DNA of 64,000 bases, taken from NCBI GenBank assembly GCA_963676795.2, contig CAXXTB010000002.1, forward strand, positions 1,632,001 to 1,696,000, read 5' to 3'. This DNA comes from Geopsychrobacteraceae bacterium. GTDB lineage: Bacteria; Desulfobacterota; Desulfuromonadia; Desulfuromonadales; Geopsychrobacteraceae. Made by a program: the position numbers and the translations under genes. Below are positions 49,144 to 56,660 of the stretch, piece by piece; positions within the stretch are counted from its first letter, which is position 1, and each line of letters starts with the position of its first letter. The notes under the pieces were generated by a model, which saw only the letters and a program-made list of their open reading frames with translations, made no database searches and was not told the origin of the DNA.

Positions 49144-50213
49144 CAAAAAGACCCTGTTCCGTGCAACCAGGTAGCACATTTGTCTGTCTGTCCCAATAGA
49201 TCCCCCTTAAGATCGATCAGGGCAACTGCGATCTCGGCGCTGATATTGAATTCCTGAGAAACTCTATCCCTGATCTTCTCGGCAAGAGCATCAGCAACAA
49301 TCTGGCGCTGGTCAGCGGCAAGCCACTGCATGAAAAACTCCTCGACCGTATTCAATTCGATCTCTGGTGCGCGGCCCGTCAGCTCCTGCGCAAGTCCGAT
49401 AAGAAACGGCAGAGGGCTCGGTGACTGCGATGAATGAGTCTGGAAATGCCCGCAGGGCAGCTTCGCCAATTTTCCTGGATGCCCCAGCAGCAACAGGCGG
49501 TTCAACTTGAGAGCCTGCATTTCATCCAGAACGAAGCCCCATTCGTTACTGACATCGATGATCTGCTCATCGCTGCAGCAGAAATGTTTCCTGGCAGCCC
49601 GGTTGCCCATATGCCCCGGCACCAGGACCAGGTCCCGACACTGGCCGGCCACCGCGACATCGAGAGCACATTTAAGTGCGGCCTTCAGCGCCGGAGAGCT
49701 GAAGGGACGAACCCTGCCGTTGGTGCCGAGAATGGAAATGCCACCATCAATGCCAAGCCGCGGATTAAAGGTCTTGGCCGCAAGCTCCTTTCCTCCGGGC
49801 ACGCTGATCGTGACATCAAAACCACAATCAGAAACTTCCTTCAGGGCCGCCGCAATCTGACGGCGCGGTACCGGATTTATGGCCGGTTCCCCGGGGGGAA
49901 TAGCCAGACCGGGCCGGGTCACGGTACCGACCCCCTCGCCGGCAAAAAAACTGATTTCATGCCTGTTGTTCATAGAGACTCTGACAACAAGAATGGCCTT
50001 GTCGGTGACATCAGGATCGTCGCCAGCATCCTTCATGACCGCAGCCGAGGTCCAGGTCTTGCCGTGCCGGAACTGTCCAACGGGATATGAGATTCGCTCC
50101 CCATCCGGCAGTGCGACCTCTACACTCAACGGAGGAATACCCTCAAGCAGATAGAGGGCTGCTGCCTTGGCCGCAAGAGCGGCACAGGTCCCTGTTGTCA
50201 GACCGTTACGCAT
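49143..50213 (-). CDS. cbiD: Cobalt-precorrin-5B C1-methyltransferase
   Basis: G.TTGTCAA, KDAGDDPDVT, GVGTVTRPGL, AINPVPR, TFNPRLGI.GGISILGT motifs. Confidence 0.96.
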   Translation of the reverse strand: MRNGLTTGTCAALAAKAAALYLLEGIPPLSVEVALPDGERISYPVGQFRHGKTWTSAAVMKDAGDDPDVTDKAILVVRVSMNNRHEISFFAGEGVGTVTRPGLAIPPGEPAINPVPRRQIAAALKEVSDCGFDVTISVPGGKELAAKTFNPRLGIDGGISILGTNGRVRPFSSPALKAALKCALDVAVAGQCRDLVLVPGHMGNRAARKHFCCSDEQIIDVSNEWGFVLDEMQALKLNRLLLLGHPGKLAKLPCGHFQTHSSQSPSPLPFLIGLAQELTGRAPEIELNTVEEFFMQWLAADQRQIVADALAEKIRDRVSQEFNISAEIAVALIDLKGDLLGQTDKCATWLHGTGSF

Positions 50214-50217
50214 GACT

Positions 50218-50970
50218 CTAGACTTCTTGCCAGGCGCGGGAACCCAGATGAATGATCATCGTTGTCATATAGCCAAGATCCTCAGGCTGCCACTGGCTTA
50301 AATCTCGGACGACCTTCTCATGATCACCCTGCCCACCGGCACTGACGAAGCAGGCCTTGGCCAAAAGCTCTTTACGCTCGAGCAGTTGATAGAGGTCGTC
50401 AAAATGGCTGGCGGCTTTGAACAGAACAAGGGTTTCACAGTGTTCGAGAGCTTCTTCGACAGCTTCAAGATCGGCACCGGACATAATCAGCAATCGATCC
50501 TCCTGCAGAGTCAGTGGCCGGCCGAAATGACTGGCAACCATCTGGAACGCACTGATACCGGGCACCAGGTGAAGACGATCCGCATCGAGCATCTCGCTTA
50601 AGGCTTCAAGCAGATAGGAACTGGTCGCATAGATCAACGGATCACCCAGGGTAATCTGGACAACGGCCTTCCCTTCACGACATAGGGCCTCGGCCTGCTC
50701 AGCCAGTTCTTTCCAGCGCGAACGGGTCTTGTCGTTTTCCCGGGTCATCGGATACTGATTGACGATGATCTGCTGCTTGTCGATAAAATCGCTGACCGCG
50801 CGTAGTGCGATACTTTCCCCGGAACGATTGGACTGCGGCGTAATAATGACATTGGCACTGGCAATCAGGCGTGCCGCACGCAGTGTCAACAGATCGGGAT
50901 CACCCGGGCCAACCCCGACGGCGTAAAAATGTCCGGCCTGAGCTTCGCCCTTATTCACTTGTTTCATCAT
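50218..50970 (-). CDS. cbiL: Precorrin-2/cobalt-factor II C20-methyltransferase (paralog 1)
   Basis: YAVGVGPGDPDLLTLRA, YPM, TLGDP.IY.T..Y, VPGISA, YM motifs. Confidence 0.85.
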   Translation of the reverse strand: MMKQVNKGEAQAGHFYAVGVGPGDPDLLTLRAARLIASANVIITPQSNRSGESIALRAVSDFIDKQQIIVNQYPMTRENDKTRSRWKELAEQAEALCREGKAVVQITLGDPLIYATSSYLLEALSEMLDADRLHLVPGISAFQMVASHFGRPLTLQEDRLLIMSGADLEAVEEALEHCETLVLFKAASHFDDLYQLLERKELLAKACFVSAGGQGDHEKVVRDLSQWQPEDLGYMTTMIIHLGSRAWQEV

Positions 50971-51001
50971 ACCCTTCTTTCTTGTTAATCAACTCGTAAT
51001 A

Positions 51002-52195
51002 TCAGTGCCACCAGGCCATCAGTCCCAGGGTACAGAGAAGCAAAAACAGCATCCTGATAACCTGAGTGGAAATCGACACGATCACGCCGGGCCTGGCGCC
51101 AAGGATGGCAATATAGGTCGGCAGTGCATGACGAAAAGTCCTGACCGGAGCCGTCACCATCGAACCGAACAGAATCACAATGACGGCCTGGCGGGCGGTT
51201 ATCTGCCCGACATCAATAAAGTTGGCTGCAGCTATCGCGCCGTTGTAGAGGCTTAACGCCTGTGCCGGTATAATGACCAGCGACTCCGGTGGCAGAAACT
51301 CGAAGGTAAACAATCCCGGCATTGTGCTGCCCAGCCACTCGAAAAAACCATAATATTCAAGAAACGCCATAAAAATGAAGGTCGGCAACAGGTAGCTGAG
51401 CAGACGTTTCAGGGTTTTTCGTGAACGAACCCACACGGTGCGCCAGAAACCATTTTTGCTCTGTTTTCTTGACTTAACACCCTGCCCGGCTACCCCGACC
51501 GGTGTGACTCCACCGGTCCAGAAGCGTGCCAGACAGAAGCGTGAAACAAGTAGGGTAATGACAATCTGCAGGACAATCGCCAAAACACGTACACCGAACA
51601 GGGCTGCAGTTGCCTCCCAACCGAATGCGACACCGATCGGCACGACGAAGGTCGGCAGGTGGGCAAACAGGGACAGTGCCGAAACCACATAAACCGAAGT
51701 GTAGAGTTCGCGGTTATTGATACTGCCACTGTCACGTTGACCGATCAGCATGCTGTTGGCAACAGCACCGGACTGAAAGGCCATCAGAAAGGCAGGACCT
51801 GCTTCGCGGTTCAGACGTCCCATCCAGGTCAGAGGACGGGTGAAGATCGCCAGCAGGCGCATGGTTCCTGAGACCTCGAGGATCTGGCCAATCAGGATCC
51901 CGATACTGATGATGATCGCCAGTTCCAGCAGTAACATCCCCTTGCGCGGCCAGAACGATAGCTTCATCTTCCAACGTTCGAACGAAGAGAAACTGCTGTG
52001 CTTCTTTTTCTCAGCCTCCAGGGCCTGCCCGGTCTTCCCTTCCGGTTTGAAACGTTTCTGCGGGCTTTCGACAGACGTGCCCTGAGAAGACTGGACTGTC
52101 TCCGTAGCTTGCTGCGGAGGGCTTTGCGCATAAAGCCCCCCGCTGTAGAGACAACTGAGCAATATCAGGACTATTGTCAGTGAACGAAACTTCAT
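51002..52195 (-). CDS. Nucleoside-recognition (Gate) domain membrane protein, possible metal transporter
   Basis: Multi-TM protein with RPL...G.L....G.AF..AF.S..AN.ML pattern and HLPT / RHALP His motifs; directly downstream of exported cbiK. Confidence 0.7.
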   Translation of the reverse strand: MKFRSLTIVLILLSCLYSGGLYAQSPPQQATETVQSSQGTSVESPQKRFKPEGKTGQALEAEKKKHSSFSSFERWKMKLSFWPRKGMLLLELAIIISIGILIGQILEVSGTMRLLAIFTRPLTWMGRLNREAGPAFLMAFQSGAVANSMLIGQRDSGSINNRELYTSVYVVSALSLFAHLPTFVVPIGVAFGWEATAALFGVRVLAIVLQIVITLLVSRFCLARFWTGGVTPVGVAGQGVKSRKQSKNGFWRTVWVRSRKTLKRLLSYLLPTFIFMAFLEYYGFFEWLGSTMPGLFTFEFLPPESLVIIPAQALSLYNGAIAAANFIDVGQITARQAVIVILFGSMVTAPVRTFRHALPTYIAILGARPGVIVSISTQVIRMLFLLLCTLGLMAWWH

Positions 52196-52214
52196 ATGGA
52201 ACCGAGCATCTTTC

Positions 52215-53060
52215 CTAGCTGTTTTTCAGACGCAGCATAGCCTGATCCAGATGCTTGAAGTAGACTTCAAGAACCACATCGTTCCAGCCTAAAGGCTTCA
52301 TACATTCACTCTTGGGTGCGGAAATGATGTTTTTCCAGCTGTCCTCTTCTTCCCCCATGACATCATTCATGACATGGTCGCCGGCAACGATCATCAGAGG
52401 CACAAAGCGAACCGAACCCTGCTTGGCACTCATAGCCGCAGCTTTCTGTAAAGAATCAGTTCCCGGCTGCCCTTCAACACTGGCAACAACGAGATTTGAA
52501 TACTTGCTTTCAATAATTTCGGCAAAACGGACGAGCTGACGATTAAACTCTGGATGGTGATCATTACCATGAGCAATCATGACAGTCGGTTGCTGCTCAT
52601 CAATCTGAGGACCCAGGGCGGTTACGACTTCGTCGATATCGCCATCAGTCGTCAGCAACGCATCACCGAATTCGACCTTGAGGCCGCTCATGTCGACCTT
52701 GGTGACATCGGTATATTCCTGACCAGGGACAACATGGAGGCTCTGGAACACAACCTCTTTGACCCCGCGTTGACGTAAGGAACTGACAACCTCTTCAACG
52801 TTGCGGGTAACAACGCCTTCTTTTTTCAACTTGTCGATAATGATCTGCGAGGTAAAAGCCCACTCAATATCGTAACCCGGATAGCGCTCTTTTGCCTGCT
52901 GATCGATATGATCAAAGACCTTGCGGGCCTCATCGACCGATGTACCGAAAGCGACCAGAACAATCGTCGGCTTGCTCACCGGAGTTGATGCAGCTGCACT
53001 AAAAGCTGTTGCCAAAGACAAGAGTGTCAGCATCATGATTAACTTCATTCCCTTTCTCAA
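52215..53060 (-). CDS. cbiK: Sirohydrochlorin cobaltochelatase CbiK-like protein with signal peptide (periplasmic type)
   Basis: MKLIMMLTLLSLATAFSAAA signal; LVAFGTS, QSLHVVPGQEY, AHGNDHHP, PLMIVAGDH motifs. Confidence 0.9.
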   Translation of the reverse strand: MRKGMKLIMMLTLLSLATAFSAAASTPVSKPTIVLVAFGTSVDEARKVFDHIDQQAKERYPGYDIEWAFTSQIIIDKLKKEGVVTRNVEEVVSSLRQRGVKEVVFQSLHVVPGQEYTDVTKVDMSGLKVEFGDALLTTDGDIDEVVTALGPQIDEQQPTVMIAHGNDHHPEFNRQLVRFAEIIESKYSNLVVASVEGQPGTDSLQKAAAMSAKQGSVRFVPLMIVAGDHVMNDVMGEEEDSWKNIISAPKSECMKPLGWNDVVLEVYFKHLDQAMLRLKNS

Positions 53061-53092
53061 CTCTTCCTCCTTAAACCATTAATATATAGTTA

Positions 53093-53779
53093 CTATCCCT
53101 GCACGTTTGCCAGCTCGCAAATTGCATGGAGAGCAGCTACGGCAAGCGGGCTGCCACCACGGCGGCCACGTAAAACAACATATGGAAGCCCGGTCATTTC
53201 GAGCTCTTCCTTGCTTTCCACAACATGAACAAAGCCGACCGGCATGCCGATAACCAGAGCCGGACGAATGTTGTCCTCCAGAGCCATTCTGTTCAGCTCA
53301 AGCAGAGCAACAGGCGCATTGCCGATCAACACGATACCGCCATCAAGACGCTCCCTGGCTTTGCGGACGGCAAAGTAAGAACGGGGCAAGCCACTCTGCT
53401 TCGCCTGTTCTGCAACATCTTCATCAGCCACATGACAGAAGATCGAGTCACGACTGTAGCTTGGATTCAATTTCTGCAGGCGCGCCGTTGACAGACCGGA
53501 ACGGATCATATTGCTGTCGGCGAAGATCGGCATGCCTTTTTTCAGAGCGGCGATACCGCTGCTGATCGCATCGTCGCTGAAGGCGATCAGGTCGCTCATG
53601 GCAAAATCGGCACTGGTATGAATCAAGCGTCTGACAACCTGCCATTGATCGGCACTGTGACCATGAGGTCCGGCTTCACTGTCAATCTGGGCAAATGATT
53701 TGGTTTCAATCTCAGGCCCGCTGATCGGATTTTCGAGCAGCTGGTGTATCAATGCTTTATGGTTTTCCTCTTTCATCAA
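53093..53779 (-). CDS. cbiC: Precorrin-8X/cobalt-precorrin-8 methylmutase
   Basis: IE..SF..I..E, RRLIHT.ADF, IGNAP.AL, GMPVGFV....SKE, GR.GGS motifs. Confidence 0.95.
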   Translation of the reverse strand: MMKEENHKALIHQLLENPISGPEIETKSFAQIDSEAGPHGHSADQWQVVRRLIHTSADFAMSDLIAFSDDAISSGIAALKKGMPIFADSNMIRSGLSTARLQKLNPSYSRDSIFCHVADEDVAEQAKQSGLPRSYFAVRKARERLDGGIVLIGNAPVALLELNRMALEDNIRPALVIGMPVGFVHVVESKEELEMTGLPYVVLRGRRGGSPLAVAALHAICELANVQG

Positions 53780-55182
53780 AACTCCCCTGTTATTTGGTTC
53801 ATTGATTTCATCATAGCGACGAAGCGATCAAGTGCGCATGGCTGCGAAGCCAGATGCAGATGTGCATAGCTGGCCAGCACCGATCCCTTCTGATAGCCTT
53901 CAGCGAAAACTTCGCCCGTGCGGTTCTGCTTGAGTTGATAAACCGCCATCCAGCCATCTCTGCCCACCGGATCGCTCGTCAGTTCAGAATAGTGAAATTC
54001 ATGCCCGCGAAAAGCGCTTCCGGAACAACCGAACAACGAATCGGACGTCAGTGTCGCAGTGACATAGCCCAGAGCCTTACGCTTGTCGAGCATGCGGGTC
54101 GCAACCGGGAGATGGCCAACCAGCGGAACCAATTCTCCGTCGTTTTCCAGTCCGCGGCTCAGATAGATCAAACCACCACATTCCGCATAGACCGGACGGC
54201 CACTCTGACAAAAGACCTGAACAGCCCGTAGCATAGAACTGTTCGCTGACAACGCCTGAGCGTAAACCTCCGGGTAACCGCCGCCGAAGTAGACGCCGTC
54301 CAGGTCGTCCGGCAGCCGGTCGTCATGCAGGGGTGAAAAAAACTGAAGATGACAACCGCGGACTTCTAGAGCCGGGAACAGGTCAGGATAATAAAACTGA
54401 AAAGCTTCATCCCAGGCGACACCGAGTCGCACCCCGGTGCCGCTATCCGCAGTGAATACGGATCTGGTTTCCCGGGAATCATGCGCTTCTCTCCCTTGCT
54501 GTTTCAGCAGCAAATCGATCTCAATATGCTGTTCAGCGACATCTGCAAGCTGATCGATCATCTGTTCGCTGAGGATCTGCTCGACCGCGGAGACCAGTCC
54601 CAAATGACGGCTCTGCAACTGTGGAAAGGCATCACGCGGAATCGTCCCCAGTAATGTTGGCTGGCCACTGGTTTCAAGTGCTTCGCGCAGCAGTTCGGCA
54701 TGCCGCGTTGAACCACAGCGGTTAGCCAGCACTCCGGCCAAACGCACCGCCGGATCGAAACCGTTATAGCCCTGAACCAGGGCGGCCAGACTGCGGGCCA
54801 TGCCATGGCTATTGACCACCAGCAGAACCGGGATATCTAGCAATGCAGCAACTTCGGCGCTGCTGCCGGAAAGACTTGACGCGCTACTGCCGTCAAAGAG
54901 TCCCATGACGCCCTCGACCAAGGCAAAATCACAATCCGCTGTCGCATCGGCGAAGAGCTGACGCAGATAGCCGGGATCACAGATCCAACTGTCAAGGTTG
55001 TAGCATGGCCGATCTGAAACCCTGGTCAGATGACCGGGATCAAGGTAATCGGGACCGACCTTGAAGGTCTGGACCTTGAGTCCGCGTCGCCGCAGCGCTG
55101 CAACCAAGGCCAGGCTGATCGTTGATTTGCCGACCCCGCTCTGGGTGCCGGCAATCAGGATGCAGGGAACCTGTCCAGCCAT
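53776..55182 (-). CDS. cbiA: Cobyrinate a,c-diamide synthase
   Basis: SGVGKST, FKVGPDYLDP, EGVMGLFDG, RHLGL, DEAF.FYY, GGGYPE, AECGG, GHEFHYS motifs. Confidence 0.96.
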   Translation of the reverse strand: MAGQVPCILIAGTQSGVGKSTISLALVAALRRRGLKVQTFKVGPDYLDPGHLTRVSDRPCYNLDSWICDPGYLRQLFADATADCDFALVEGVMGLFDGSSASSLSGSSAEVAALLDIPVLLVVNSHGMARSLAALVQGYNGFDPAVRLAGVLANRCGSTRHAELLREALETSGQPTLLGTIPRDAFPQLQSRHLGLVSAVEQILSEQMIDQLADVAEQHIEIDLLLKQQGREAHDSRETRSVFTADSGTGVRLGVAWDEAFQFYYPDLFPALEVRGCHLQFFSPLHDDRLPDDLDGVYFGGGYPEVYAQALSANSSMLRAVQVFCQSGRPVYAECGGLIYLSRGLENDGELVPLVGHLPVATRMLDKRKALGYVTATLTSDSLFGCSGSAFRGHEFHYSELTSDPVGRDGWMAVYQLKQNRTGEVFAEGYQKGSVLASYAHLHLASQPCALDRFVAMMKSMNQITGEF

Positions 55183-55703
55183 CAGTATTCGACCCCTTCG
55201 CGCGCAGGTATGCCATTTTGCAGCGCGTGCTTGTGGGGAACCATTTCTGTCACAGTGTCGGCCATTGCGATCAGCCGTTCACTGGCATGACGGCCGGTCA
55301 GAACAATATTCAGATCGTCACGCGACTGCTTGACTGCAGCGATAACCTCCTCCTCATCCAGCAGACCGGCGGCAATTGTCCCGCAGATTTCATCCAGAAT
55401 CAGCAGATCGCAATCCCCCGTCGCCATCTCCTGGCTGGCAAGATCCAATCCTTGCTGAGCAGCAGCCTGGTGGTCCGGGTAAGCGGAATGATCTGGCTTG
55501 GGCACAAAGCCAAGTCCAAGCTGCCTGATCTCAATACCGAGCTTATCTCCCAGGGTTACGACTTCACCGGTACCCGAATCCGCTTTCATGAATTGCAGGA
55601 CTCTGACCTTTTGCCCGTGACCAAAAGCGCGAATTGCCATGCCGAAAGCCGCTGTTGACTTGCCCTTGCCCTTGCCGGTGAAGATGAGGATATTTTTTGC
55701 CAT
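55182..55703 (-). CDS. cobO: Cob(I)yrinic acid a,c-diamide adenosyltransferase
   Basis: FTGKGKGKSTAAFG.A.RA.G.G, QFMK, LDEI, LTGR, ADTVTEM...KH motifs. Confidence 0.95.
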   Translation of the reverse strand: MAKNILIFTGKGKGKSTAAFGMAIRAFGHGQKVRVLQFMKADSGTGEVVTLGDKLGIEIRQLGLGFVPKPDHSAYPDHQAAAQQGLDLASQEMATGDCDLLILDEICGTIAAGLLDEEEVIAAVKQSRDDLNIVLTGRHASERLIAMADTVTEMVPHKHALQNGIPAREGVEY

Positions 55704-55718
55704 AGCTTGAAGAACCCC

Positions 55719-56660
55719 TTAGAGCAGCCAGCGAATAACCAGTCCGCAAACTGCAACAAGTAAAGTCGTCATGACCATCAGACGAATCGTCAGTTGAATA
55801 TGCGATCTATTCAGCGGTTTTGTGCCATCCCCCATATAGGGACGGAATGACTTCTTACCAAAGTAACTGTTTTCTCCGCCGAGCCTGATCCCGAGCGCAC
55901 CGGCCATAGCCGCTTCGATCTGACCGCCGTTGGGGCTCGGATGATTGTGTCGATCACGGCGAAAGATTCTCCAGCTGCCCCGCCAGTCCAGATGACAGAG
56001 CAGCGCGGCCGGAACCACCAGCAGAGCCGAGATCCTGGCAGGAATAAAGTTGACCAGATCGTCAAAACGGGCTGCCGCCCAGCCGAACTCGAGATAACGT
56101 TCGTTCTTGTAGCCAAAATTCGAATCGAGTGTATTGACCGCTTTGTAGAAGAATGCCCCCGGCACACCGGCAATCAGGGCAAAGATCAATGGCGCGGTCA
56201 CACCGTCGACGGTGTTTTCAGCAACACTCTCTACCGCAGCACGAGTGACCTCAACTTCGTCAAGCTGATCGGTATCTCGGCCGACCAGCCAGCTGACCTT
56301 CTGGCGTGCCTCGACCAGGTCTCCTCGCTGCAGCGGCCGGAACACGGCCAGAGCATGCTTTCTGAGACTCTGCATGGCAAAGCAGCTGTAAAGCAGTGCG
56401 ATACTGACCAGATCCCCCAGCAGGGGATTGATCCGGGTCGCGACAGTCTGAACAGCAAGTACACAAACAACACTGGCCACAACAACCAGCACAACCGCTG
56501 CAATACCCGCCTGGCGCAGCGGCAAACGACTTTTCAGTGGCTCCTCAAGGCGTTGTGCCAACCAGCCAAGAGCACAGACCGGGTGGGGAAGCCAGCGTGG
56601 ATCTCCAAGCAGCAGATCAAGGAGCAGAGCCAGAATGATTTGCAGCGACAATGGAATCAT
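55719..56660 (-). CDS. cbiB: Adenosylcobinamide-phosphate synthase
   Basis: GDP...PHPV, LVGRDT, ESVAEN..DGV.AP, YKAVNTLDS, SPNGG..EAAMAGAL motifs. Confidence 0.96.
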   Translation of the reverse strand: MIPLSLQIILALLLDLLLGDPRWLPHPVCALGWLAQRLEEPLKSRLPLRQAGIAAVVLVVVASVVCVLAVQTVATRINPLLGDLVSIALLYSCFAMQSLRKHALAVFRPLQRGDLVEARQKVSWLVGRDTDQLDEVEVTRAAVESVAENTVDGVTAPLIFALIAGVPGAFFYKAVNTLDSNFGYKNERYLEFGWAAARFDDLVNFIPARISALLVVPAALLCHLDWRGSWRIFRRDRHNHPSPNGGQIEAAMAGALGIRLGGENSYFGKKSFRPYMGDGTKPLNRSHIQLTIRLMVMTTLLVAVCGLVIRWLL

